Shown here piece after piece: positions 41,273 to 50,863 of a DNA stretch of 64,000 nt. Position 1 is the first letter of the stretch, and the number at the start of each line of letters is the position of its first letter. Position numbers and translations under genes: made by a program. Below the pieces are notes generated by a model that was not told where the DNA came from, searched no databases, and saw only the letters and a program-made list of their open reading frames with translations. Source of the stretch: Candidatus Palauibacter sp. GTDB lineage: Bacteria > Gemmatimonadota > Gemmatimonadetes > Palauibacterales > Palauibacteraceae. The stretch lies in assembly GCF_965221685.1 (NCBI RefSeq), contig NZ_OZ244907.1. One strand, written 5' to 3'.

Positions 41273-43010
41273 CCTTTCCGCGGCGGGCGTCGTCGGAACC
41301 CCGCCCGGCGAGACCGAAGTACGCCGTGAGCAGGAGCGCGGTGGCGCCGCCGAAGGCGAATTTCGCCGTCGCCGGAAGTCCGGAGGGGGAATAGAACCCC
41401 TCCACGAGACCCGCCACGATCAGCAGGAGCACGGCCCCGCCGACGAGCGAGAGGAAGGCGCGGCCCCGCTCCCTCAACGCTTCGCGACGGGTGCGCCGTC
41501 CGGGTACGAGCAGCGCCGAGCCGAGCCCCAGCCCCGCCCCGCCGGCCAGGCAGATGGCGGTGAGTTCCATGACGCCGTGCGGGAAAACGAAAGCGAGAAT
41601 CACGCCGAGAACGCCGTTGTTCGCATACAGCCCGAACGCGGCCCCCAGCAGGACGCCGTTGAAGATGAGGATCAGCACCGTGCCCGCGCCGGCGAGCAAC
41701 CCGGCCGCGAAAGCGACGAAACTCACCTGCACGTTGTTCGTCACGATCGCCGAGGAGAAGGCCGGCCGCTCGGCGCCGTCCACAGCGATGTAGGAAGCGT
41801 TGATGTCCCCGCGGGCGGTGTTCTCGGCTCTCGCCAGCATCCCCGCCGGCATGATCGCACGCGCACGCGCCGGACTCTCCCGGACCGCTGCGTACGAGGC
41901 CAGCATGGGACCGAAGAGAAGCAGAGCCGCCAGGAGCACCGGCCAGCGATGGCGCCGCACCGCCCGCGGCAGTTCGCGGCCGATCCAGCGGCCGAGGGGG
42001 ACCGCCGCCCTTCCCTTTGCACGGTACAGGAGGTTGTGGCCGGCCCCCGCCCACCGTTCCACCGCCTCCAGCAGCCCCGGTGAGGCGCCGTAGGTTCGCG
42101 CGCGCGCCAGGTCCGCCGTCACGCCGCGGTAGAGGCGCCCGAACGCGCGCACCTCCGCCTCGCTGAACCGGTCCAGCCCGGCCGCGCGCCCCTTCTCCAC
42201 GAGGTCCGTGTAGGCGCCCCACGCCTCGCGCCGCTCGCGCGCCATCGTCGCGGCCTGGAGGCTCGGCCCGCCCTGGCGCGCCGCATGCCTTGGAGCCTCT
42301 TCCTCGTGCAGGCGAACGAGGTGCGTGTCGGGAGCCGCCTCGGGGTCCAGACTGCCCCGGCCCGCCGCCGGTCGCACCGCATCCCGGACCGAGGCGGCGA
42401 CGCGGCTCCGGACGTCCGGCTCCAGTTCCTCCCGGCGGGCGACGTAACCCGCCAGCAGCGCGAACTGCTCGGCGGAGAGGCGCGGGCGCCCCGCTCGGCC
42501 GGCCGTCCGCGGTTCGTCCCCGAACAGCTCACCGCCCCCCGTGTCCCGGACGACGATCGTGCCGGCGACCAGGTCTCCGAGGCGCTGCGCCCGGCGGTTG
42601 AACAGGATCGACGCGGCCCCGGCCATCCCCGTCAGCGCCGGCTGCAGATCCACGATCCGGATCAGGTTGCGGAGCACGGCCCCCTGGAAGGAGAGCGGCT
42701 CCCCGCCGTCGTGCAGCACTCGCAGCCCCACCGCGCGTTTCCCCGGCGTGCGCCCGTCCCACACCGCTTCAAAGAAGAGGAAATACCCCCACACGGCGAA
42801 GAAGCCGACGATGTAGAGCACGGCCTGCCCCAACCCGCCCGTGTACCGGAAGACGAGCGCCACGAGCAGAATCGCGGCCACGATGATGGCCAGATCGAGG
42901 GCGAGGGCGGCCGCGCGCGAACCCAGATCCGCGAGCTGGTACTCGAGTTTGACGTGCTCCGGCGTCTCCAGCGCGATCCGGCGGTGCAGCCCCGCCCTCG
43001 TGTCGGCCAT
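41250..43010 (-). CDS. Fusion protein: N-terminal RDD-family membrane domain plus C-terminal stage II sporulation protein M (SpoIIM/DUF95)-like membrane domain
   Basis: Single uninterrupted 586-aa ORF. Residues 1-150 have the RDD architecture (…RAAALALDLAIIVAAILLVALVF ... GKRAVGLRV ... RLGDLVAGTIVV). Residues ~260-586 have SpoIIM-like topology (LYRAKGRAAVPLGRWIGRELP, 5-6 TM helices). Converges on DUF58 with a 23-bp overlap. Confidence 0.65.
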   Translation of the reverse strand: MADTRAGLHRRIALETPEHVKLEYQLADLGSRAAALALDLAIIVAAILLVALVFRYTGGLGQAVLYIVGFFAVWGYFLFFEAVWDGRTPGKRAVGLRVLHDGGEPLSFQGAVLRNLIRIVDLQPALTGMAGAASILFNRRAQRLGDLVAGTIVVRDTGGGELFGDEPRTAGRAGRPRLSAEQFALLAGYVARREELEPDVRSRVAASVRDAVRPAAGRGSLDPEAAPDTHLVRLHEEEAPRHAARQGGPSLQAATMARERREAWGAYTDLVEKGRAAGLDRFSEAEVRAFGRLYRGVTADLARARTYGASPGLLEAVERWAGAGHNLLYRAKGRAAVPLGRWIGRELPRAVRRHRWPVLLAALLLFGPMLASYAAVRESPARARAIMPAGMLARAENTARGDINASYIAVDGAERPAFSSAIVTNNVQVSFVAFAAGLLAGAGTVLILIFNGVLLGAAFGLYANNGVLGVILAFVFPHGVMELTAICLAGGAGLGLGSALLVPGRRTRREALRERGRAFLSLVGGAVLLLIVAGLVEGFYSPSGLPATAKFAFGGATALLLTAYFGLAGRGSDDARRGKVRAVPAP

Positions 43011-43056
43011 CAGCCAAGGCTATCCGCAGATCCCCCGTGCGCAAGCCGTCGCCGTG

Positions 43057-43890
43057 CTAGAGGTCCCGGCGGCGGAACAGGATGAAGGCGATGCCGACGA
43101 GGAGCGCCGTCCAGGCGGCGGCGGCGGCGAGGTGCCACGTGAGATCTAGCGGCGGGGAAGGCGTCCGGCCCGCCGCTTCGACGGCGGCGGCGTAGCGCTC
43201 GTAGGCCGGCGCGTCGTAGTTGCGGAACTCCAGGAGCGGGAAGCCGTTCGTGAACGGCAGGTACTCGAGCCAGCCGGCCTGGTCCGGAAGGAAACGGCGG
43301 ACGAGCGCGGGCAGCATCCCGGACTCGATCGGGCCGATCCAGAGGAACCATACGGCCAGCGCGGCTCCGGTCCGACGGATGACGAGCGACAGCAGGAACG
43401 CGAGCGCGGCCACGCTCAGAAACGCCAGCCCGAGCCCTCCGGCCGCCTGAAGGACGGACAGCGGCACGAGCGACCCCTCGGCGGCGGCGAAGTCGGTCCG
43501 AATCAGCGCAAGCAGCGTCGGGATCGCCACGTGGACGCCGATGAAGGCGAGCCCCACGACGGGCAGCAGGAGCGACTTGCCCCAGAACCACTGGGACTTG
43601 GAGAGGCCGTCGATCACGTTCTGCCGCGCGGTCCGCCAGCCGAACTCCGTCGCGGACAGCAACACGAGCGTGAGAGCGGCGAAGATCACGACCATGGTGG
43701 ATTCGTCCCCGAACACGGCGGTCCAGATGTCGGGGAGCCGGAAGCCCTCGCTGCGCTCGAGGAACGGCTGGCCGTGGTTCATGAGCGTGAAGAACGCGTA
43801 GAAGCCGAGGGCGACCCAGAAGGCGACCCGCTTCCTCGCCTTGAACCACTCGTTGCGCAGCAGCACGCCGAACGCCCGCGCGCCCTTCAT
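43057..43890 (-). CDS. ABC-2-type transporter permease
   Basis: 6 TM helices. ATGA overlap with the ATPase gene upstream. Confidence 0.6.
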   Translation of the reverse strand: MKGARAFGVLLRNEWFKARKRVAFWVALGFYAFFTLMNHGQPFLERSEGFRLPDIWTAVFGDESTMVVIFAALTLVLLSATEFGWRTARQNVIDGLSKSQWFWGKSLLLPVVGLAFIGVHVAIPTLLALIRTDFAAAEGSLVPLSVLQAAGGLGLAFLSVAALAFLLSLVIRRTGAALAVWFLWIGPIESGMLPALVRRFLPDQAGWLEYLPFTNGFPLLEFRNYDAPAYERYAAAVEAAGRTPSPPLDLTWHLAAAAAWTALLVGIAFILFRRRDL

Positions 43891-44822
43891 TGGATCTCTC
43901 CGAATCCCTCGGGCGTGCCCGTGATCTCCATGAAGGCGTCCTCCAGCGATTGCCGTTCCAGCGACAGGTGTGAGGCGTAGATCCCGCGCCCGGCGAGGAA
44001 GCGGTTCAGTTCGGAGAGCCCGGCGCCTCCGACCTGCACCAGGACGCGGTCGTCCTCGACCCGCGCATGGCCCGCGCCCTCGAACTCCGACACGGCCTGC
44101 CGAAGCGCCTCGATGTCCCCGTCGGCGGCCACCGCGGCCACCGTTCGGGCGGAGGTGAGTTCGTCCACGCTCCCCTCGCGGACGAGACGGCCGGTCTCGA
44201 TGATCGCGACGTGCGTGCAGGTGCGCTCGACCTCGTGCAGCATGTGGCTCGAAAGGAAGATCGTCTTCCCGCGGCTGGCGAGTTCGCGAATGATGTCGCG
44301 GATCTCCCGCTGCCCCGCCGGATCGAGCCCGTTGGCCGGTTCATCGAGGATGATGAGTTCCGGATCGCCGATCATCGTCGCCGCCAGGGCGAGTCGCTGC
44401 TTCATGCCCAGCGAGCACGCCTTGAACTTCGTCTTCCGGCGCGAGGTCAGGCCCACGATTTCGAGCACCTCGGCGATGTCCGCCTCGTCGCTCCCCTTCA
44501 CCCGGGCCACAACCCGCAGGTTGTCCCGGCAACTCAGGTAGGGGTAGAAGTTGGGATACTCGAGCGTGGCGCCGATCCGCTGGCGCGCGGCGTGCAGCTC
44601 GCCGGGCGTTTCCCCGCCGAACAGTCGGAAGGAACCGCCCGTCGGGTTGATGATCCCGAGGAGCATCCCGATCGTCGTCGTTTTGCCGCTTCCGTTCGGC
44701 CCCAGGAAACCGTACACCTGCTCGGCTTCCACCTGGACGGAAAGCTCGTCCACGGCTAGCGTCCCTGCTCCGCGCAACGCCGCGTATCGCTTGGACAGTC
44801 CTTCGGTCTCGATGATCGTCAT
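43887..44822 (-). CDS. ABC transporter ATP-binding protein
   Basis: Walker A GPNGSGKTT, signature LSLGMKQRL, Walker B LIILDEP, H-loop. Confidence 0.9.
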   Translation of the reverse strand: MTIIETEGLSKRYAALRGAGTLAVDELSVQVEAEQVYGFLGPNGSGKTTTIGMLLGIINPTGGSFRLFGGETPGELHAARQRIGATLEYPNFYPYLSCRDNLRVVARVKGSDEADIAEVLEIVGLTSRRKTKFKACSLGMKQRLALAATMIGDPELIILDEPANGLDPAGQREIRDIIRELASRGKTIFLSSHMLHEVERTCTHVAIIETGRLVREGSVDELTSARTVAAVAADGDIEALRQAVSEFEGAGHARVEDDRVLVQVGGAGLSELNRFLAGRGIYASHLSLERQSLEDAFMEITGTPEGFGEIQ

Positions 44823-45109
44823 GTGAGGTCCCGTGGCGTTTCACCGCCGGTGTGCTCTTCCAGTTGCCGCCGGAACAGTTCCGCCTCCGCGAGCTGATCC
44901 AGGAGTTCGCCCCGCTCCCGGCTCTCCCCCTCAAGCTGTTCGATCCGCTCCGTCAGCCGAGCGATCCTCTCGCGGTCCCGCTTCATCGGCCCCAGAGCTT
45001 CCGCCAGGTCCCGCACCAGCGGCCGCAGGGCGAAGTGCGTCGCCATCGCGAGGACCGGGATGCCGATCGTGAAGAAGATCGCAACGACGGCGATGATCAT
45101 GTCTTCCAT
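44819..45109 (-). CDS. Small membrane protein with coiled-coil tail, PspB-like; first gene of the ABC-2 exporter operon
   Basis: 96 aa: a TM helix (IIAVVAIFFTIGIPVLAMA), then RDRERIARLTERIEQLEGESRERGELL. ATGA overlap with the ATPase. Confidence 0.4.
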   Translation of the reverse strand: MEDMIIAVVAIFFTIGIPVLAMATHFALRPLVRDLAEALGPMKRDRERIARLTERIEQLEGESRERGELLDQLAEAELFRRQLEEHTGGETPRDLT

Positions 45110-45220
45110 ATCTCACCCCTGCGCATGCGCTTCATGCGGCATAAGAACGGAAGGCGTGGCGCGGGGGTTTCGCGAGGGCGGGAGCCCCCCTGGCTGGAGC
45201 GGCAGCGCCAGCAGTGCGTG

Positions 45221-47284
45221 CTAGCGGGGAGGCCGGCGGCCGAGAATGCCCCGGCCCCACACGTTGTTCCCGCGGTTCACGTCCGGCAGCACGCCGTCCG
45301 GGTCGATCTGGACGTTGCGCACGAACCCGCCGGACACGTTCAGCACGTAGGTGCCGTCCGCCTCCCACGCCTCCACCGGAACCTCGTGTCGCTGCTCTTC
45401 CCCGTCCTGGTAGAGGATCCGCACCTCGAGCGGCATCGGGATGCCTCCACGATTCTCGAACACGACCCGCGTCGTATCCCCCAGGCGCGTCACGGAGGCG
45501 ATCGCCTGGTCGAGGATCGCGTCCTCGTAGATCCAGCCCCTGAAGAACCAGTCGAGATCCTGCCCCGACACGTCCTCCATCGTGCGGATGAAATCGGCGG
45601 GTTGCGGGTGCTTGTACGCCCAGCGCCGGATGTATTCCCGGAAGCCCTCGTCGAACGTTTCGGGCCCGAGCACCTCCTCGCGCAGGAGGACGAGCACCGC
45701 GGCCGGCTTGTTGTAGGCGAGAACCCCGATGTCCGTTTCCGGAATGCTGTCGGCCGGCGTGTACACGGCGTGGCTCGGGAGGCGCGTGTCCGTCGCGATC
45801 TGGGCCGGGGACATGAGTTGGCCCAGGATCGGCTCCCCGCCCGCGAATTCGATGCCCGAATAGTAGTTGATGAAGGTGTTGAACCCCTCATCCATCCACG
45901 CGTACCGCCGCTCGTCCGACCCCACGATCATCGGGAACCACGTATGCCCGATCTCGTGGTCCGTGACGGAGAAGAGGAAGGCGCCGCGGGACCGCCAGGA
46001 ACAGAAGACGATCATGGGATATTCCATCCCGAGCGCGAGGCCGGCCACATTGATGGCGACGGGATACGGATAGCGAAGCCACTGTTCCGAATAGTACCGG
46101 ACACTGTGGCGGAGATACTCCGTGGAGCGCTCCCAGCCGCTGGATCCGGGTCGGCCGAGGCTCTCCTCGGGGTAGACGGACATGATGAGGACGTCCTCCC
46201 AGCCGGCGGCGTCCCAGACGAAGCGGTCGGATGCGGCCCACGCGAAGTCGCGCACGTTCTCCGCGCGGAAGCGCCATATGAGCGGGGTCTCGCCGGGGGG
46301 CCGCGTGTGATCCGCGCCGGCTTCGTCCGGCCCAATGATGTAGACCGTCTCCTCGGAGAGGCGCGCCTCCGCGAGCCGTTCGCGCTGCATCGGCGTGAGG
46401 ACCTGCTCGGGATTGAGGAGTTCTCCCGTGGCGACGACGACGAAGTCCCGCGGGACGGTGAGTTCGACGTCGAAATCGCCGTACTCCAGGTACCACTCGC
46501 CCTGCCCCAGGAAGGGGGACTGGTTCCACCCGTTGACGTCGTCGTACGTGAAGACGCGCGGATACCACTGCGCGAGCTGATAGATGATCCCGCCCCGGAT
46601 GTCGAGTTGCCCCATGCGGTCGCCGCCCGTCTCCGGGATCTCGAAGGCGAAATCGATCTCGACTTCCACCTGGCTTCCGCCGGGAGGGAGGGGTTCGCCG
46701 AGGAGGATCTCCATCATCGTGTCCTCGGTCCGGTACTCGGGGACCGTCATCTCGCCCTCGAGGTCGGCGCGCACACCCGAGATCACGAAACCGCCGTCCC
46801 TGAAGAAACCGCCGTGGCGGACATCCCCGCCGAGTTCCTCCGCTCTCTGCGCCCCGTAGCTGGTTTCCCGGAAGAGATTCTGGTCGAGCTGCACCCAGAG
46901 ACTCGTGAGGGAATCGGGACTGTTGTTCGTGTAGGTGATGCGTTCCGTGCCCTCGATGCGACCGTCGTCGAGCGTGGCCCGGATGTGGTAGTCGGCCCGC
47001 TGCTGCCAGTAGGCTTCGCCGGGGGCGCCGGCGCCATCCCGAAACTCGTCGGGCTCGGGGAGGTCGAGGGGCGCGAAGGCGCCCGCCGGATCGAAGATCC
47101 TGCGCAGGGAATCGCGGCGCGCGAGTTCGGCCGCCTCCGCCGCCTCCCGTTCTTCCCGTTCCTCTTCCTGCGCCGCCAGCCCGCCGTACGGTAACGGATG
47201 GAACAGCTGCGGCAGAACCGGCGTGAGTACCGCGAGCAGCATCACGACGGAAAACGTGCGTCCCCCCCGGACAATCGCCCTCAT
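45221..47284 (-). CDS. M1-family zinc metallopeptidase (aminopeptidase N-like), secreted
   Basis: Signal peptide, then the HEIGHTWF ... WMDEGF gluzincin motif (HExxH-18-E). Confidence 0.85.
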   Translation of the reverse strand: MRAIVRGGRTFSVVMLLAVLTPVLPQLFHPLPYGGLAAQEEEREEREAAEAAELARRDSLRRIFDPAGAFAPLDLPEPDEFRDGAGAPGEAYWQQRADYHIRATLDDGRIEGTERITYTNNSPDSLTSLWVQLDQNLFRETSYGAQRAEELGGDVRHGGFFRDGGFVISGVRADLEGEMTVPEYRTEDTMMEILLGEPLPPGGSQVEVEIDFAFEIPETGGDRMGQLDIRGGIIYQLAQWYPRVFTYDDVNGWNQSPFLGQGEWYLEYGDFDVELTVPRDFVVVATGELLNPEQVLTPMQRERLAEARLSEETVYIIGPDEAGADHTRPPGETPLIWRFRAENVRDFAWAASDRFVWDAAGWEDVLIMSVYPEESLGRPGSSGWERSTEYLRHSVRYYSEQWLRYPYPVAINVAGLALGMEYPMIVFCSWRSRGAFLFSVTDHEIGHTWFPMIVGSDERRYAWMDEGFNTFINYYSGIEFAGGEPILGQLMSPAQIATDTRLPSHAVYTPADSIPETDIGVLAYNKPAAVLVLLREEVLGPETFDEGFREYIRRWAYKHPQPADFIRTMEDVSGQDLDWFFRGWIYEDAILDQAIASVTRLGDTTRVVFENRGGIPMPLEVRILYQDGEEQRHEVPVEAWEADGTYVLNVSGGFVRNVQIDPDGVLPDVNRGNNVWGRGILGRRPPR

Positions 47285-47336
47285 CGAATCTCCCGGTTCC
47301 GTGCTGCGTCCATCACCACGTTCATTGTCCGTTCGT

Positions 47337-48596
47337 TCACGCGATCCTCATTGGCTGCCGCCGCCCGTAGGAAAGGGTACGCCAGAGCCACTCCAGGGGT
47401 CCGAAGCGGAACCGCGCGAGCCACCACGGCGACCATGCCAACTGGAGCGCCCAGATCGCCACCACGATGCCGACGCACCCCGCGCCCCCCACCCGCTCGA
47501 ACAGGCCCAACCCGTGGCCATAGAAGACGAGCGAGCACAGCACGCTCTGTGCAAGGTAGTTCGTGAACGCCATGCGACCGACGGCCGCCAGGCGCAGCCG
47601 AACCCGAGCCAGCCGCCCGGTTCGAGCCAGGAGCATCACCAACCCCACGTAGCCCAGAAAGACACCGACGGAGCCGACGTAGTTGAAGAGGGTCCCCCCC
47701 AACTTCGACTGCTCCCACGCGAACCCGCTCTCCACGTTGTACCAGACGCCGGCGGCGGCGAGCGGCAGGCCCGACCCCAGCCCCCAGAGGGCGAGCCGAC
47801 GGTAGAACGAGGCCGGCCACGTCGCCGAGAGCACCCCCAGCCTGTAAAGGGCCATCCCCACGAGCATGAGTCCCCCCGCCCGCCACAGGAGGTAGCCCGC
47901 GAAAGCGACGGTCTCGACGAGGAAGGCGTAGTAGGCCCGGATCTGCATCTGCTGCGCCCAGCCCCCACGCATGGCTTCGATCTCCGCGCCCGTCTCCGCG
48001 GCCGAGGGCGCCCACTGCGCGGCGACCTCCGCCCGCTCCCCGGCCGGCCAGTACGGAATCGACCAGTCGGCGAAACCCATGACGAGTACGACGATCCCGA
48101 CCGCACACCCGCCGGCCCACAGCAGGCGGCGGGGCGCCCAGTCGCGGAACCCGTACAGGATGAAACCGCAGAGGGCGTAGGGGACGAGGATGTCGCCGTG
48201 CCAGATCCCGTAGGCGTGAAGGAGTCCGATCACGAGGAGCCAGAACTGGCGGCGATAGTGCAACCGGCCTCCGGGGATACCGCGACGGTCCATGCGCTCG
48301 CTCATCATCGCGATCCCCGCGCCGAACAACAGGGAGAAGATCGAAATGAACTTCGTGTCCGCGAAGACGTTGACCGCGGCCCAGATCCAGAAGTCGGTGC
48401 CTCCGAGGCCTCCTCCCGGAGCGGAGGACGGGTTCCGGTACGCCGAGGAGACCCAGGCGAAGCTCCAGATGTTGACGATGAGGATGCCCAGCACGGCGAG
48501 GCCGCGGAGGCTGTCGATCGCGTGGATCCGCCCGGATTCCGACACCGGCGCGGCGACCCGCGGGGAGGATCGCGTTTGGGGCGGCGTTTCGGACAT
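47337..48596 (-). CDS. DUF418 (YeiB-like) membrane protein
   Basis: Multi-TM protein ending FRFGPLEWLWRTLSYG, the DUF418 C-terminal motif. Confidence 0.7.
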   Translation of the reverse strand: MSETPPQTRSSPRVAAPVSESGRIHAIDSLRGLAVLGILIVNIWSFAWVSSAYRNPSSAPGGGLGGTDFWIWAAVNVFADTKFISIFSLLFGAGIAMMSERMDRRGIPGGRLHYRRQFWLLVIGLLHAYGIWHGDILVPYALCGFILYGFRDWAPRRLLWAGGCAVGIVVLVMGFADWSIPYWPAGERAEVAAQWAPSAAETGAEIEAMRGGWAQQMQIRAYYAFLVETVAFAGYLLWRAGGLMLVGMALYRLGVLSATWPASFYRRLALWGLGSGLPLAAAGVWYNVESGFAWEQSKLGGTLFNYVGSVGVFLGYVGLVMLLARTGRLARVRLRLAAVGRMAFTNYLAQSVLCSLVFYGHGLGLFERVGGAGCVGIVVAIWALQLAWSPWWLARFRFGPLEWLWRTLSYGRRQPMRIA

Positions 48597-48676
48597 CGGG
48601 CACCTGTTCGTAATGTTGGATCATCTGTCCCACGCGGGAGCGCAGCGCAGCTTCAAGATAAGCGAGAGGTGTCGAC

Positions 48677-50863
48677 ATGTCCGGGTCCCAGAGCCTTGTC
48701 TCCCCATCCCTTCCCCTTCGAACGCCGGCGCCGGGATCGAGATGTCTCGCGCTCGCCGCCATCCTGTTCTTTCCCCTGGCCGTCCAGGCTCAGGCGGATG
48801 CCGCGCCGGCCGAGGCCGGGTGGACGCCCGCGCTGAGCATGCAGTATCGCGGGGTCTCCGGGACCGCGATCTCCCCCGACGGCTCCCGCATCGCCTTCGT
48901 CGTGCGCGAGCCGCTGATGGAAGGACCGCAGTCGGAGTATCTGAGTCACATCTGGATGACGGACGCGGACGGGATGGGGACCGCGCAGTGGACGCGCGGA
49001 GAGGCGTCGGCGGGGTCCCCGCAGTTCTCTCCCGACGGCGCCTGGTTGAGCTTCACATCCGGCCGAGAGGGAGAGGGCGAGGCGGGCAGCCAGGTGTGGG
49101 CGCTGCCGATGGCGGGCGGCGAGGCACGGCAGCTCACGAAGGCGGAGGGGTCGGTGGGAGGATACCGGTGGTCGCCCGACGGGACGCGGATCGCCTTCCT
49201 CATGCGCGATCCGCAGACCGCGGAGGAGAAGAAGGCGCGCGAGGAGAAGCGGGACGTCATCCTCGTCGACCGCGACTACAAGTTCTCTCACCTGTACGTC
49301 GTCGCGATCGACGCCGGGGCGGACGAGCCGGCCACGCCGGTGCGGCTCACGGCGGGGGACTTCCACATCACCGGCTTCAGCTGGGCGCCGGACGGGGAGC
49401 GGATCGTGTTCGCGCACCAGGCCGATCCTCGCATCAACACGGGGCGGCTGAGCGGCGACCTCTCGACAACGACGGTCCCGGACGCCCCGGCGATCGGCGA
49501 GATCCTGGCGGCGCGAGCATCAGCGGGCGACGAGGAGGACGACTCCGCCGAGGGCGCGGACACCGATCCGGCCACCGTTGGAGAGGTCGCGCTCCTCGTG
49601 GGCGGGGCGGGAATCGAGCGGAGCCCGCACTGGTCGCCCGACGGGGCTTCGATCGCCTACGTGTCGACCGGCGATCAGCCGGAGCCGATCGGGCTCGGCG
49701 ACGTGTACGTCATGCCGGCCGCGGGAGGCGAGGCGAGGCGGCTCGACACACCGAACCGCAGCGCGTCCGTGCTCGGCTGGTCCGGGGATTCCTCCGAACT
49801 GCTCCTGCTCGAATCGCTCGGTACGCGCCGGCACATGCTGGCCGTCCCCGTCGATGGCGGCGAACTGCGCTTCATCTCCTACGGGGACGGCCTGGTCGGC
49901 TCGGTCGCGCTCACGGACGACGCGAGCCGCATGGCCTTCACCTGGCAAACCCCCGATGAGCCGTGGGACGTCTTCGTCTCGCCCACGAACGGGTACGCGC
50001 CGACGCAGGTCACCGACCTTCACGCCGGCGTGGCGCGCCCGGAGATGGGGCGCACGCAACTCGTCTCCTGGACCTCGACGGAAGGGTTCGAGATCGAGGG
50101 CCTCCTCACGTATCCCGTCGGCTACGAGGAGGGCGAGCGCGTGCCGCTCATCCTGAACGTGCACGGCGGGCCGGCGGGCGTCTTCAGCCAGGGCTTCACG
50201 GGCAGCGCGTCCGCGTACATGCTCCAATACTTCGCCCAGGAGGGCTTCGCGATCCTGCGCCCGAACCCGCGCGGCTCCACCGGCTACGGGAAGGATTTTC
50301 GCTACGCGAACTTCCAGGACTGGGGCTACGGCGACTTCCGCGACCTCATGTCGGGCGTCGACCACGTGATCGGGATGGGCGTGGCGGACCCGGATCGCCT
50401 CCTCCTCATGGGCTGGAGCTACGGCGGCTACATGACCTCGTGGGCCGTCACCCAGACGGACCGTTTCGTGGCGGCGAGCATGGGGGCCGGCCTCCCGAAC
50501 CTGATCTCGATGACGACGACGACGGACATCCAGGACTACCTCGTGGGCCATATGGGGGTCGAGTTCTGGGAGGACTACGAGCGCTACGAGCGGCACTCGG
50601 CCATGTACCACATCGCGAACGTCGTCACGCCGACGCAGGTGATCCACGGAGCGCAGGACCTGAGGGTGCCGTTCACGCAGGGGCAGGAGTTCTACCGCGC
50701 GCTCGACCGGCGCGGCGTGCCCACGGAGATGGTCGTGTACCCGCGCACGCCGCACGGGCCGCGCGAGCCGAAGTTCGTCATGGACGTGTCGGAGCGGATC
50801 CTGACCTGGTTCCGGAAGCACCTGGGATCGGAGGCGGTCGCGGCTGAGGATGTGAGCCGCTGA
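48677..50863 (+). CDS. S9-family serine peptidase (prolyl oligopeptidase family) with beta-propeller, secreted
   Basis: Signal peptide. Propeller repeats (SPDGSRIAF, SPDGAWLSF, SPDGTRIAF). GWSYGGYMT nucleophile elbow; DLRVP...H catalytic region. Confidence 0.85.
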   Translation: MSGSQSLVSPSLPLRTPAPGSRCLALAAILFFPLAVQAQADAAPAEAGWTPALSMQYRGVSGTAISPDGSRIAFVVREPLMEGPQSEYLSHIWMTDADGMGTAQWTRGEASAGSPQFSPDGAWLSFTSGREGEGEAGSQVWALPMAGGEARQLTKAEGSVGGYRWSPDGTRIAFLMRDPQTAEEKKAREEKRDVILVDRDYKFSHLYVVAIDAGADEPATPVRLTAGDFHITGFSWAPDGERIVFAHQADPRINTGRLSGDLSTTTVPDAPAIGEILAARASAGDEEDDSAEGADTDPATVGEVALLVGGAGIERSPHWSPDGASIAYVSTGDQPEPIGLGDVYVMPAAGGEARRLDTPNRSASVLGWSGDSSELLLLESLGTRRHMLAVPVDGGELRFISYGDGLVGSVALTDDASRMAFTWQTPDEPWDVFVSPTNGYAPTQVTDLHAGVARPEMGRTQLVSWTSTEGFEIEGLLTYPVGYEEGERVPLILNVHGGPAGVFSQGFTGSASAYMLQYFAQEGFAILRPNPRGSTGYGKDFRYANFQDWGYGDFRDLMSGVDHVIGMGVADPDRLLLMGWSYGGYMTSWAVTQTDRFVAASMGAGLPNLISMTTTTDIQDYLVGHMGVEFWEDYERYERHSAMYHIANVVTPTQVIHGAQDLRVPFTQGQEFYRALDRRGVPTEMVVYPRTPHGPREPKFVMDVSERILTWFRKHLGSEAVAAEDVSR

